From: a virus
IMG/VR virus record: IMGVR_UViG_3300042893_001481
Reading direction: 5' to 3' (one strand)
Length of the DNA: 64,000 nucleotides
Part shown: piece after piece, positions 27,453 through 38,165 of the stretch
Position numbering within the stretch: position 1 is the first letter of the stretch
Layout of the letters: each line of letters begins with the position of its first letter
Made by a program: the position numbers and the translations under genes
The notes under the pieces: model-generated
What the model saw: only the letters and a program-made list of their open reading frames with translations
Database searches by the model: none
What the model was told of the DNA's origin: nothing

Positions 27453-28700
27453 TTATTTAATTTTATTTAATTTAGGTAACATCAAATTAATTTGTTTTGA
27501 AATAATTGAATGTGGTTCCATATAAGATTTTAAAAGTTCTTTCATTTTGTCTAATGTAAATTTTTCTGAATTCATAATTCTTAATTTTTCAGACTTAATC
27601 AAAAACTCATCATAGTTCGATTTGACTAATTTTAATACATGAATAAATTCATCGTAATTTGCAGTAAACCATTTTGAATCCTTTATTATAAAATTGTCCT
27701 GTGCACTTACATCCACATCTGTTAATTTACCACCAATCATTGCGGCATAATCCATCGGTAAAAAATCTTTGTGACCCGACCAATTAGATGCAATCACAGG
27801 TTTACCTGTCATTGTAAATTCTAATAGAGGTCTACCAAAACCTTCTCCTTTAGTTATGGAAACCATTGCCTTTACCTTTGGGTGGTTATATAAATCATTC
27901 ATCTCTTCATCCTTTAAATCACCAAATAAAAGATATACCGGTACTTTATCGTCACCAACTATTTTTTGAATCCTATTGATTAAATTTTCACGTTCTTTAA
28001 CCGAGAATGATGCTGAAGATGTTTTTAATATTAAAGCCGGTTTATCTATTTCATCTTTAAAAGAATTAGCAAAACACTTAATTAACATACCAACATCTTT
28101 TCTATCTTGACCAATACTTCCTTTTAACCAGTGACCTACAAAAAGATAAGCGAAATCCTCTTCAATATCTAATTTAAAAGTATCATTTACATTATTGTTA
28201 TAAATTTTTTTATCTACACCTTCAAATAAAACATTAATAGGTTTATCGATTCTATGTTGTTTAATTAATCTATTTGTGTTTTTATCATTTTCATTATAAA
28301 CAGTTGACAATAAAACCTCTTTTGAAAAATTTGATGTTGTAATAATCATATCCATTACATTACAACCGTCAATCCAATCTTTTGGTGCGACCGTTGTTTC
28401 GATACCCGCAGTTACACCTATATTAAATTTACCAAGTCTTTTAAATTCATTTGGTACAGTTACTTGAATGTAAATTTCGGGAAGACCATTAAATTGTGTA
28501 ACGGTATTCTCTTCAATCCATTCATGAAACTCATTACCATCCTCCAATGCGGTTAATGGTGTTGACCCCCATAAACAACTATCTATTTTAATATCAAACA
28601 AATCTATTTCTTTTAATGCCCACAGTAAATCTCTTGAATGTGCACCATAACCACTTCTTGTTTTAACTGGTCCTCTAAATAAAATTATCGGTTTACTCAT
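27453..28700 (-). CDS. GT4-like glycosyltransferase
   Basis: SGYGAH, DRKD, KGEGFGRPLLE, WSGH. Confidence 0.85.
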   Translation of the reverse strand: MSKPIILFRGPVKTRSGYGAHSRDLLWALKEIDLFDIKIDSCLWGSTPLTALEDGNEFHEWIEENTVTQFNGLPEIYIQVTVPNEFKRLGKFNIGVTAGIETTVAPKDWIDGCNVMDMIITTSNFSKEVLLSTVYNENDKNTNRLIKQHRIDKPINVLFEGVDKKIYNNNVNDTFKLDIEEDFAYLFVGHWLKGSIGQDRKDVGMLIKCFANSFKDEIDKPALILKTSSASFSVKERENLINRIQKIVGDDKVPVYLLFGDLKDEEMNDLYNHPKVKAMVSITKGEGFGRPLLEFTMTGKPVIASNWSGHKDFLPMDYAAMIGGKLTDVDVSAQDNFIIKDSKWFTANYDEFIHVLKLVKSNYDEFLIKSEKLRIMNSEKFTLDKMKELLKSYMEPHSIISKQINLMLPKLNKIK

Positions 28701-30049
28701 ATTACTTTATATAAATTAAATCTTTCTTTTGGTTTATAGTTTTTTAACGTTGTTTCAATACCTTCGGACATTTTATCACACATGATTTTTGATGATAAAT
28801 TTTCAATTGCCCATTCTCTACCTTTTTTTCCTCTTTCTTTTCTTTCCTTACGACCCCAATTATATACTGTCATAATTGCATCGGCAACTTCATCATCATT
28901 CACTCTATCGTCGAATATATAAGGAGTTATTGGTGAACCGTTTAAATTAATTGCTGATGGCCAAACAGGTACTACCCATTCACCAGTCACCCCGCTGTTT
29001 GTTTGATGTAACGAACCAACCTCAATATAATCATCTGCAGTTAAAGGAAATCCACATTGATCTTGTAGACCACCAGTGACATTAACAATGATTGGTGTTC
29101 CCGACATTAAACTTTCAGTTGTACCCAAACCAAACCCTTCATTATTTGAAATGTTTATTGTACAATCAGAAATATTATACAATTCATTTAATGTCTCTTG
29201 TTCTATTTTATTTTCAAAAATTTTAACATCATAATCCTTACATAATGTATCAACCACAGCACCTAAATCAGTACCGTTATTATCCACTTGATTCGTTTTC
29301 ATTAATAAAAGACACTTACTTGATTGTTCTTTAGTTAATTTATCACAAAACTTTCTGTATGAATAAATTACGTCAGATGGTTGTTTTCTTCTTATGTTTC
29401 TACTGTTATAAAATAAAATAAAATCATATTCTTTATCCCCATTCACAAGTGTTTTAACATCATCAGATATTTTATCCAATGGTTTAAAAAGATTTTGATT
29501 AATACCATGTGGTACATAACTAACTTGCCATTTTTCTAGTGGTTTAAAAGAAGGTTTGGTTGTCAAACCCCCAACCCTACTAACAATACCATATGTTAGT
29601 TTAGAAATACACCCTAACCAATCACAACTTTCGTAATAATTTCTATTATAAGATGGGTCTGGTAAGTTATCCCAAATGTGATAATATAGAATTGGTACGA
29701 GTTGTCTTATTTCATGTTCAGAATCGTATAACCATTCCCAATAATGTGGATCTGTAAAATGTAAAATTGCATCTGGTTTCTCATCTTTAATTAATTTTCG
29801 TAATAAAAAAATGTCACCATATGAATTATTGGCATAAATTTTAACATTAGCATCATTAACACCAGTTCGTTTTCTTACATCATCATTTAAATCTACAACC
29901 TTTCCACTTTCAGGATGGTTAATACCTGCACCTAATTGTACCCAATCAAATTTATCAACAGTACCAAGTACTATCTCTTTTGACATGGTGGCAATACCAC
30001 TTGTCATTCTTAAATCATCTGATAATAATAAAATTTTCTTTTTACTCAT
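28697..30049 (-). CDS. GT4-like glycosyltransferase
   Basis: SDD..SG, VPHGI, RNIRRKQ, NEGFGLGTTES. Confidence 0.85.
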   Translation of the reverse strand: MSKKKILLLSDDLRMTSGIATMSKEIVLGTVDKFDWVQLGAGINHPESGKVVDLNDDVRKRTGVNDANVKIYANNSYGDIFLLRKLIKDEKPDAILHFTDPHYWEWLYDSEHEIRQLVPILYYHIWDNLPDPSYNRNYYESCDWLGCISKLTYGIVSRVGGLTTKPSFKPLEKWQVSYVPHGINQNLFKPLDKISDDVKTLVNGDKEYDFILFYNSRNIRRKQPSDVIYSYRKFCDKLTKEQSSKCLLLMKTNQVDNNGTDLGAVVDTLCKDYDVKIFENKIEQETLNELYNISDCTINISNNEGFGLGTTESLMSGTPIIVNVTGGLQDQCGFPLTADDYIEVGSLHQTNSGVTGEWVVPVWPSAINLNGSPITPYIFDDRVNDDEVADAIMTVYNWGRKERKERGKKGREWAIENLSSKIMCDKMSEGIETTLKNYKPKERFNLYKVI

Positions 30050-30050
30050 A

Positions 30051-30248
30051 TTAATATTTTGAACCACTTACTGCTAAATCAGTATAGTTATTAATCGTGT
30101 CTCTAAATTTTTCATCTTTAACATATAAATCCAAAGAACGATTTACTAATTTTTGAAGATTTATGCTACCATCTATTGCGTTTATTTTAAATTTTTTGTA
30201 AATACCATCTAAGACATGTACACTTGTTAATTTCATTTCTACTTTCAT
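30051..30248 (-). CDS. Small protein, possibly ribbon-helix-helix DNA-binding
   Basis: LTSVHV beta-like start followed by two predicted helices (LQKLVNRSLDLY). Confidence 0.45.
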   Translation of the reverse strand: MKVEMKLTSVHVLDGIYKKFKINAIDGSINLQKLVNRSLDLYVKDEKFRDTINNYTDLAVSGSKY

Positions 30249-30324
30249 ATTGTATTATATATATAAATTTTTATATACCCTTATTATAAAAAATATCACC
30301 TAAGAATAGATGATATAATATTAA

Positions 30325-30453
30325 TTATTGATTATTAGTACTTGTTGCTTGTGGAGTTGGTTGACTCGCAGTTTGTTGTACTTCTGTTAACCTAATCGAA
30401 ACCGGAGGTTGAGTAGGTTGTTCTTGTTTTGGTTTTTTACATCCGCATCCCAT
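30325..30453 (-). CDS. Small MGCGCKK-start protein (42 aa)
   Basis: MGCGCKKPKQEQPTQPP...; TATTTATA on minus strand at 30468-30475 just upstream. Confidence 0.55.
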   Translation of the reverse strand: MGCGCKKPKQEQPTQPPVSIRLTEVQQTASQPTPQATSTNNQ

Positions 30454-30550
30454 AGTTGTTGTTTTTTTATAAATATTTTGTTTTATTGAAATTTATTCTC
30501 TATATTTTAATAAAGTATAAACAATTTTAAACAAAAAATCAATAGAAGTA

Positions 30551-31240
30551 ATGGATAAAGATTTCAAACCAGTAAAAAGTGTCTACAATTCAAATTTTGA
30601 CACGATTAAAAACATTATGTTTTTATATAATATAGAACAATTCGATTTGGATTGTACCTATTCTAAGGGAGCATTTTGGAAAGACCTACCATCCCCAAAG
30701 TTTAAATCTGATTTGTATCCTGTGAATGAAGACGTAGTTCAAGCAAGTTCTGAGAATTTACCATTTGGGGACGGATCAATGAAAAATATAATGTACGACC
30801 CTCCATTTGTTATTGCTGGTAAAACCTATAGAGATAATAAAGATGGTAGTTCTATTATGGCTAAAAGGTTTGAGGGTTACAACACATATAACGACCTCAC
30901 AGTCAACTATTACAACACGTTGAAGGAATTATACAGAATTTGTGAGAAAGGTGGTCATGTGGTCATGAAATGTCAAGACACGGTATCCGGTGGTAAGAAC
31001 CACTTCTCACATTGTTTGATTATGAATATGGCCATGGAAATAGGGTTCTACCCAAGAGATTTGTTTATTTTAAATTCAAACGTGAGAATTAATAGTTTTG
31101 GTACCAAATGGACTAAACAAGAACACGCAAGAAAATACCATAGTTATTTTTGGGTGTTTGAAAAGGTAAAACCAAGAGTGAAGTATGAGTTTATGAATAA
31201 GATGGTCGTACTGGATTCTGAGGAGTCCCCAAATACATAG
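30551..31240 (+). CDS. Amino (N6-A/N4-C) DNA methyltransferase-like protein
   Basis: DCTYSKG, YDPPF catalytic motif, HARKYHSYF. Confidence 0.75.
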   Translation: MDKDFKPVKSVYNSNFDTIKNIMFLYNIEQFDLDCTYSKGAFWKDLPSPKFKSDLYPVNEDVVQASSENLPFGDGSMKNIMYDPPFVIAGKTYRDNKDGSSIMAKRFEGYNTYNDLTVNYYNTLKELYRICEKGGHVVMKCQDTVSGGKNHFSHCLIMNMAMEIGFYPRDLFILNSNVRINSFGTKWTKQEHARKYHSYFWVFEKVKPRVKYEFMNKMVVLDSEESPNT

Positions 31241-31565
31241 CAACTCGGTCACCAACTCTCCAATTTTTGGATGTTCCCGCGGGGAATTCAATAATGTGGT
31301 CACCCATACCAGTGTATTTCGGCGGGTTCATTCTATGTGAATCAGGAACTTCACAATTCGGGTGTATGTGACTGATTCGATTATTCATAACAAACACAAT
31401 ATCAAGTGGTATTAAACAATTTTTCATCCAAAACGTATGGTGGCCTCTACCCATTTTGAATACCATACAACCCTCTAAACTATCTCTACCCATCATACCT
31501 CTTTGTTTCTCTTCTGATGTGGTTAGATATTCGGCTGGAAAACTTTGATTATTAATGTGTACCAT
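31191..31565 (-). CDS. DUF192 family protein
   Basis: RGMMGR, FWMKNCLIPLDIVF, IIEFPAG, GD. Confidence 0.85.
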   Translation of the reverse strand: MVHINNQSFPAEYLTTSEEKQRGMMGRDSLEGCMVFKMGRGHHTFWMKNCLIPLDIVFVMNNRISHIHPNCEVPDSHRMNPPKYTGMGDHIIEFPAGTSKNWRVGDRVAMYLGTPQNPVRPSYS

Positions 31566-31622
31566 ATTGATAATTATTTGGATTTTTAATAATAATTCCG
31601 TATATTAGTAAAAATATTGAAT

Positions 31623-31799
31623 ATGAAAATAAAACAAGTCATTTATGTGATGTTGATTCTTACGGGAATCTTAATTGAAAAATATGGATTAAAAGGTGCT
31701 GACCCTGAATTGGTTAAATATTTTGGGTGGGGAGTAATTAGTCTTGGGTCATTTAACATTATATTGGATTACATTAGAAAACCTAAAAAAAATAAATAA
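31623..31799 (+). CDS. Small membrane protein
   Basis: Two hydrophobic stretches. Confidence 0.5.
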   Translation: MKIKQVIYVMLILTGILIEKYGLKGADPELVKYFGWGVISLGSFNIILDYIRKPKKNK

Positions 31800-31800
31800 G

Positions 31801-32499
31801 ATGGATACAATTACAAGTTATGAAGATTTGATAAAACATCTAATTGATAACAAAATTACGATGGTTCGCCCCGATGAATTTAAAACGATATTCAACCATC
31901 ATTCTGAAATATCCAAAGTAGATGGGGATATAGTAGAGTGTGGTGTTTGGAGGGGTGGATTTTCAATATTTTTAAGTCATGTTTTTCAGGATAAAAATAT
32001 TTGGGTATGTGATTCATATGAAGGGTTCCAACCTATTGAAATTGCTAAACATAGTTATGATAGGGAAAGACATACAGATCAATACACACACAATTCTGTT
32101 GGTCCGATAGCCATTAGTTTAGAGGAAGTTCAATCACACTTTAAAACATACGGATTAGGTGATGACAAACGAATTAAATTTTTAAAAGGATTTGTTAAAG
32201 ATACTCTACCAACATCTGGAATAGAAAAAGTATCATTATTAAGAATAGATGTGGATGCATTTTCCGCCACACTAGAAACTTTAGAAGAATTATACGATAA
32301 GGTACAACCAGGTGGATACATTATATTTGATGATTCTGGTCTATATGAATCCTTAGATGCAATTAGAGTATTTTTTAAACAAAGAGACATACCTGAATTC
32401 TTAAACCATCCCGTAACCAATCAACAATTAGACATTAATTTAAGGTATACAAATGATGACTCGGGTTTACCTCCAGGTTGTTACATTATAAAAAAATAA
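31801..32499 (+). CDS. TylF/MycF-family sugar O-methyltransferase
   Basis: GDIVECGVWRGG, DSYEG, KGFVKDTLP, LRIDVD, GGYIIFDD. Confidence 0.9.
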   Translation: MDTITSYEDLIKHLIDNKITMVRPDEFKTIFNHHSEISKVDGDIVECGVWRGGFSIFLSHVFQDKNIWVCDSYEGFQPIEIAKHSYDRERHTDQYTHNSVGPIAISLEEVQSHFKTYGLGDDKRIKFLKGFVKDTLPTSGIEKVSLLRIDVDAFSATLETLEELYDKVQPGGYIIFDDSGLYESLDAIRVFFKQRDIPEFLNHPVTNQQLDINLRYTNDDSGLPPGCYIIKK

Positions 32500-32504
32500 A
32501 TAAA

Positions 32505-32696
32505 ATGAAGAAAAAAATATATCTTAAAGATTTCTTTGTTTATAACAAGAAGCATCATTGGTTTATCTTACCAACAATTGTTTTCTTTCATAATAAAGAA
32601 ACGTTTCTTGAGACTGGTGTCTACTCACCATCTTGGGGGTTAACTGTTAGGTGGTTAACATATATGGTTGGATTTCAAATACAAGAAGGGTATTAA
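32505..32696 (+). CDS. Hypothetical protein
   Basis: Packed ORF in operon. Confidence 0.5.
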   Translation: MKKKIYLKDFFVYNKKHHWFILPTIVFFHNKETFLETGVYSPSWGLTVRWLTYMVGFQIQEGY

Positions 32697-32697
32697 T

Positions 32698-33063
32698 ATG
32701 GAAAATAGAGATACAAGTATATTAGCATTCGGGGCGATTATTTCCCTATTTGGTGTATTAGTTTCGTTAATGTATTTTAATGATAAACCCATACCCGTTG
32801 TGACAACCACAATCTGTAAGGAAGATTCATTACAAAACGTCATTAATGAATTACAAATGGATTTGAAAATGCAATCAGATGGATTTGATTCTAAAGAAAA
32901 AAGATATTCCGAAATTTTATTTGAGTATGAATATGGGGTTGACCATTTAAAAAACTATCAGCCACAAGCATATAGAGAGTTTCACAGAATTTTATCTCAT
33001 AAAGAAATTTTTAATAGACAAGACGAACAAGAAAATATAAAAAGGTTGGAATCACCAAAATAA
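32698..33063 (+). CDS. Membrane-anchored coiled-coil protein
   Basis: N-terminal TM segment then DSLQ coiled coil; architecture like 38464..38748. Confidence 0.55.
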   Translation: MENRDTSILAFGAIISLFGVLVSLMYFNDKPIPVVTTTICKEDSLQNVINELQMDLKMQSDGFDSKEKRYSEILFEYEYGVDHLKNYQPQAYREFHRILSHKEIFNRQDEQENIKRLESPK

Positions 33064-33075
33064 TAAATATAAATT

Positions 33076-33294
33076 ATGTTAATATTGTTTAGAAAATTCA
33101 TTTCACTTTTCATAAGAGAACCAAAAGAATGCTTTGGTTGGTCCGTTAAGGATTTTAATAGTGCCAAGAGATACTGTAAATACAAAAATCACCCTGTTTC
33201 AAAAGATTTAACCCTTTGGGATTTTATCTATAATCAACAGGATGATTCAGTTTGGACTTTACACAAACTTAATTCATACTTAGGTCTTAATTAA
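33076..33294 (+). CDS. Hypothetical protein
   Basis: 72-aa ORF. Confidence 0.5.
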   Translation: MLILFRKFISLFIREPKECFGWSVKDFNSAKRYCKYKNHPVSKDLTLWDFIYNQQDDSVWTLHKLNSYLGLN

Positions 33295-33422
33295 CGACCT
33301 TGACCCTTGTACTTCTTAGGTTTTTGTGCTTTAGGACCCCAACTCTTTTGAGCCTTACCGGTCTTTCTTTTACCGAAAGTAACCTTGATTGATGAAGAGG
33401 AACCTTTACTTTTTGCTGCCAT
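33291..33422 (-). CDS. Small basic protein ending KKYKGQGR (43 aa)
   Basis: MAAKSKGSSSSIKVTFGKRKTGKAQKSWGPKAQKPKKYKGQGR; not in ORF track. Confidence 0.65.
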   Translation of the reverse strand: MAAKSKGSSSSIKVTFGKRKTGKAQKSWGPKAQKPKKYKGQGR

Positions 33423-33495
33423 AATTTGTGTGTTTTATACTAATAAGTATTTTATAATACTTTTTCGTATATTTGTATTCTAACAATTAACTTAC

Positions 33496-35388
33496 ATGGA
33501 AACCTTAATAACTCAGAAATTCACCTTTGCGACCATAACCCCATATAAGGACTACTCAAAACTATCGGACAAAAAATCGTCGTTAAATACCTTTGAATTA
33601 AATGAGGTTGATGTGTTGGACCCAAATAATGAGGACTATATTAGGGGTGTTTTTACCAAAGACATAACAGGAAGAACTTATTCACTTCCAGATAAATTAT
33701 CGTACCATAAAAGAAAACTTAATTTTTTTTATGATAATACGGAAGTACATGAAACATTTAAAATACAATACGCATATCAGAACGTTAAAAGTGATTTTTC
33801 TTTTGACACAACAAAAGATCACCAAATTAAAAGACATTTTGGTAGACCCTTCAGTTCAATTGGTATTCAAACAATTGAACGTTCGATAAGAAAATTTGGT
33901 GATAAAGTGACCATTAAAATTTACCACGGATATAAAAGAAGAAAGTTCAATTCAATATATTTCACTAAGTCTTTTTATGTAATATCGTTAACTATAAATC
34001 TAAAAACGGGGAACTTCACGGTTTTAGAAAAAGAAAAAAGTGGTAAGAAAAACGTCCAAAGGTTTGTTACAAATGGTTTTCAAACGTTGAATAATGCCGT
34101 TTCAAAAACACACTCTTTTTTCAACCCAATGAAGAGTATTAATAAAACATCCAGACTTTATGAAGAAATATCTGAAACATTTAATAATGTAGAATTTAGT
34201 ATTAAAATACAGGAAGCGTTAGATGTCGATTTTGGTTGTATTAACTATTCAAATACACCAGAACAATTCATTAGAGATTTAATGGGTATGTTTATCAAAA
34301 AGAAACAAATTAAAGTTCCCGATGGTGACGTTTCATATTGGTTATATAGATTCTATCCAACCGAAAAATATCTAAAAAAGAATGATAGGAAGTTACTAGC
34401 ATCAATATTAGATATGTTGGGTATTAAAAGTAAATTTGCAGTTAAAATTCTACACCTAAATCCAAATATTGAGATTGAGGGGTTTGTTAGATTTTGTAAC
34501 ATGTTAGGCTCTAATTATTCAAAATACATTGCAAATATTAAGGATGAAGTTATTAACTTATCAGACAGAAGAAAAAATAGTAACGATACTTACGACGGTG
34601 TCAACAAAACCCTTTTAAGTAAAAAAAATTATACATTTAATTATGAATTAAAGGATATTGAAAGGGAGAATATAATTAAAATTATTAATTCTACAGTTAG
34701 TATGGAATCTTACATACCAAATAATCTAATCAGAGGGGCATTTTCGGCGGACACATTTAGATTATTTGAGGATCATTTTAATATGATTACGAAGATACGA
34801 CCCTATGACCCTAATTTATTTATGAAGGCTAAAACTATGTCGGAGTTTAATGAAGAACATAGGGAACTCTCAAAGATGGTTTCGGCGATTAGAAAGGGTT
34901 GGGTATTAGAATACAAGTACGACGATGAAACCACTAAGGTTGTTGAAGAACCTTTAGAGTTTGTGGATGATAATGTTGGAGAAATTGAACAACTGTATCC
35001 ACATATATTGAAAAGGGAAGAAGAATATGTTGAGGAGGGTTCATTCATGCACCATTGTGTTGCAACTTATGCGGATAAAGATAAATCAATGGTTATATCT
35101 GTAAGAAACAAAGATAGTTCAAATAGGGTTACATGTGAATTTGATATACAAACGGGTAGATGTCTTCAACAACGTCATTTCTGTAATGCAAACCCACCAG
35201 ACTATTTCAAAGACGCTTTATTATTATTAGAAGATAGGATTAGTAAACGAGCGAGATGGGGATTATTAAATTGGAAAGAAAAACAAAAGGTTCCTGTTTT
35301 GATAAATGGAAAACCAATTGTCCCCGAACAAAAGATTGTTAGGGCTGGAGACATCTTTGAAGGACATCGACTTCCATTTGAATTTTAA
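33496..35388 (+). CDS. PcfJ-like domain protein
   Basis: C-terminal EEGSFMHHCVATY, SVR, RVTCEF, Q...FCN. Confidence 0.7.
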   Translation: METLITQKFTFATITPYKDYSKLSDKKSSLNTFELNEVDVLDPNNEDYIRGVFTKDITGRTYSLPDKLSYHKRKLNFFYDNTEVHETFKIQYAYQNVKSDFSFDTTKDHQIKRHFGRPFSSIGIQTIERSIRKFGDKVTIKIYHGYKRRKFNSIYFTKSFYVISLTINLKTGNFTVLEKEKSGKKNVQRFVTNGFQTLNNAVSKTHSFFNPMKSINKTSRLYEEISETFNNVEFSIKIQEALDVDFGCINYSNTPEQFIRDLMGMFIKKKQIKVPDGDVSYWLYRFYPTEKYLKKNDRKLLASILDMLGIKSKFAVKILHLNPNIEIEGFVRFCNMLGSNYSKYIANIKDEVINLSDRRKNSNDTYDGVNKTLLSKKNYTFNYELKDIERENIIKIINSTVSMESYIPNNLIRGAFSADTFRLFEDHFNMITKIRPYDPNLFMKAKTMSEFNEEHRELSKMVSAIRKGWVLEYKYDDETTKVVEEPLEFVDDNVGEIEQLYPHILKREEEYVEEGSFMHHCVATYADKDKSMVISVRNKDSSNRVTCEFDIQTGRCLQQRHFCNANPPDYFKDALLLLEDRISKRARWGLLNWKEKQKVPVLINGKPIVPEQKIVRAGDIFEGHRLPFEF

Positions 35389-35424
35389 CTACACAATGTA
35401 AATGAATCCATATATATTTTATAT

Positions 35425-36843
35425 ATGGATTTATTATTTAGACACGAACAAAAGAAAATAGATAAGAGGTATGGTGCGGTATCTGAATGTACTCTAATGT
35501 TATTTTTTGATGATAACAATTTAGAATTCCAATCCAAATTTCAATTTGATTATAATAGGTATGGTACAAGAAAGTTAATTGAATTTACCCATTCATTTAA
35601 TTTAAACATTAATAACGGTGACTTCACTGTAACATATAAAATCATCAACGATAATTTAACCGAAGAAAAGATGTTTAGGAATATAACTAAACATAAGAAG
35701 AACGATTTTAAATTACTATTTGATTTATCTGAAAATGGTTTTGTTAGAGGAGAAAAAAGAAAAGGATATTGGGGAGTTAAGTATAATAGGGCAACAGCGG
35801 AATTACTTCAGATAATATACTCTAAAGTGAATTCTAAAATTAAACTTGATTCAATAAGAAACAAAAAGTACATTGACAAGTACCAAATAAATCCATTATA
35901 TGATTTAATAGTTGATTATCATTTGGATGTGAAAGGAATTAAAGGTCACGACACCGTATACTACGACATTCAAAACGAATACCCAAGAAAAAAGTTTTTA
36001 GAAAAGAACGATTATAAATTCTTACCGTCTGTGTTGGATTATTATGGTATTAAATCAAAATATCTTGTAAGTGAATTAAATAAAAATTTAGGAAAACCTA
36101 TTAATATTGCATCTTTAAATTACATATGTAAATTGTTTGGCGATAATCATCTTGAATATATAAAACTAATACCTTGGGAAATGCATTGTTTTGACGTACC
36201 ACCAAACAAAAGGATTCACGAATTAAAAAATGAATCTGAAAAAAAATGTATGGTTAGTGTCATTAACAAATGGGAATGTGACACATTAAAATCAGATTCT
36301 TTAGTTTATAGTCTTAACAAATTATTATCGACAAGAGAATTATTGGAAAACAGGGGATTATATTTGAAATTTAAACCCAAGAACGATTCGGAATTTGAAA
36401 ACACATCTGAAATGTGGTATGGAATTAAATTTCACTTTGCACGTGGTTACAGAGTTAAGTACGATATATCTGAAGATTTTGTTAATATGATTGAGAAAGA
36501 TATCTTGATTGAAGGTGTTGTATATAAACCTAAATTAATATTAACCGAAGAGGAGTTTAGAATTGAGGGGTTTACTATGAAAAATTGTATGAGTAAACAA
36601 TTTCCACATGGTGTTATATACCTATATGTTGCACTTCAAACAGGTCGTAAACGAATCAATCTACAATATAAGAGAGGATCTTTAATTCAATCATTTGGTA
36701 AGGCGAACACAACAGTTCAAGAAGAACTCTTTGGTAAGGCCACTCAAATCCTATCTGACAGGTTTAAAAGTGACCCAAACATCGTATGGAAAAAAGAAAA
36801 ATACGATTTCATAACTAACTCATTTCCAACAGGTTACAATTAG
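35425..36843 (+). CDS. PcfJ-like domain protein (paralog)
   Basis: EGFTMKNCM, QSFGKAN; shares YP.KK.L.KND.K.L.S.LD..GIKSK with upstream gene. Confidence 0.65.
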   Translation: MDLLFRHEQKKIDKRYGAVSECTLMLFFDDNNLEFQSKFQFDYNRYGTRKLIEFTHSFNLNINNGDFTVTYKIINDNLTEEKMFRNITKHKKNDFKLLFDLSENGFVRGEKRKGYWGVKYNRATAELLQIIYSKVNSKIKLDSIRNKKYIDKYQINPLYDLIVDYHLDVKGIKGHDTVYYDIQNEYPRKKFLEKNDYKFLPSVLDYYGIKSKYLVSELNKNLGKPINIASLNYICKLFGDNHLEYIKLIPWEMHCFDVPPNKRIHELKNESEKKCMVSVINKWECDTLKSDSLVYSLNKLLSTRELLENRGLYLKFKPKNDSEFENTSEMWYGIKFHFARGYRVKYDISEDFVNMIEKDILIEGVVYKPKLILTEEEFRIEGFTMKNCMSKQFPHGVIYLYVALQTGRKRINLQYKRGSLIQSFGKANTTVQEELFGKATQILSDRFKSDPNIVWKKEKYDFITNSFPTGYN

Positions 36844-36919
36844 TATAAAAAAATATCAAAAAGTTTATTGCTATTTCACGAATTATTCTTAAATTTGTGT
36901 CAACAAATAAACTTAAGAA

Positions 36920-37909
36920 ATGGAAATTACTAAAAATCAGACTAACAAAGGTCGTAAAGAAATTGTCATGTTAAACCTATTTTCAGGTTTAGGTGGGGGT
37001 AGGTTATCTGCTGAACGAGCAGGTTTAAAAGTTAAAACCGAATACTATAGTGAAGTTGACCCTCATGCACTTAAAGTGATGAAAAAAAGATTTCCCGATT
37101 CGATTCCTGTAGGTGATGTTAGAAATTTAAAAGCAATTGATTTTGTACATGTCACTATGATTACGGCGGGTTCTCCTTGTCAGAATTTTTCTTTGATGGG
37201 TAGTCGAAATGGAATGGCTACAAAAATTAAGGAACTTACAGATCTTAAAAGTTACACAGAACTTAAAAAGAATAATCACGTATTCACTAAAGATGATGGT
37301 GATTCATATTTGTTTTGGGAGTTTGTGAGATTATATCGTGAGATTAAAGCATTACAAATTAAAATGGGTTTACCTGTATTAGACTTCTTATTAGAAAATG
37401 TTAAGATGGCAACTAAATGGGAAAATGTAATCACCAAGGCGATGGGTGTCAACCCTATTGTGATTGATGCGGCATTAGTATCGGCACAAAATAGAGTTCG
37501 TTTGTTTTGGACAAGTTTGGAAGGGGTGACACAACCAAAGGATTTAAATATTAAATTGGGTGATGTGATTAAAAATGCCATTTGTGGAGCAGGGTTTAGA
37601 GGAAGAAAGATAAATGGTGTGTATGAATACTTTAAAACATATACTAAACAATTAAAATCAAATACGATTGTAACTTCATTGGGGAACAACGGAAAAAAAT
37701 CAGGTACTGATAAGAGATACGGTACTGGTTATTATCTAACCAAGAAAGGTAATGTTGAACTTTTAAAGATTGAACATATAGAAGTTCTTCAATGTTTAGA
37801 GAAGGGATATACCAATGTTAAAGGTGTATCAAATACACAAAGAATCCGTATGATTGGAAATGCTTGGTGTATCGGAGTAACATCTCACATCATGAAATTT
37901 TACAAGTAA
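36920..37909 (+). CDS. C5 cytosine DNA methyltransferase
   Basis: LFSGLGG, SEVD, GDV, GSPCQ, LENV, QNRVR, IGNAW. Confidence 0.92.
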   Translation: MEITKNQTNKGRKEIVMLNLFSGLGGGRLSAERAGLKVKTEYYSEVDPHALKVMKKRFPDSIPVGDVRNLKAIDFVHVTMITAGSPCQNFSLMGSRNGMATKIKELTDLKSYTELKKNNHVFTKDDGDSYLFWEFVRLYREIKALQIKMGLPVLDFLLENVKMATKWENVITKAMGVNPIVIDAALVSAQNRVRLFWTSLEGVTQPKDLNIKLGDVIKNAICGAGFRGRKINGVYEYFKTYTKQLKSNTIVTSLGNNGKKSGTDKRYGTGYYLTKKGNVELLKIEHIEVLQCLEKGYTNVKGVSNTQRIRMIGNAWCIGVTSHIMKFYK

Positions 37910-37948
37910 TTTTGAATTATCAACATAATTTCTTAAATTAGTACTATT

Positions 37949-38110
37949 ATGCAAGAGAAAGAATCAAAAACAAATTGGCACTTTAAAATCAGTATTGCTA
38001 AGTCAATACTTAGAATTGGTGCGGGTGGGGCTTTAGTCCAACAATATTTTATCACTGCGGGTATTTTATTTATACTTGCAGAATTTTTAGGAATCGTAGA
38101 AGAATTATAA
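37949..38110 (+). CDS. Small membrane protein (53 aa)
   Basis: HFKISIAKSILRI...AEFLGIVEEL; not in ORF track. Confidence 0.55.
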   Translation: MQEKESKTNWHFKISIAKSILRIGAGGALVQQYFITAGILFILAEFLGIVEEL

Positions 38111-38165
38111 ATTATGAATAGTTTTCTAATCAGTGCTTTTGTTAAAAGTTTAAAAAATCAAAAAA

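Noticed and set aside
1276-30049. Bacterial chromosome polysaccharide or secondary-metabolite locus
   Set aside because: No transport or housekeeping context; interleaved with an S74 tail fibre, a capsid fragment and many phage-type small ORFs.
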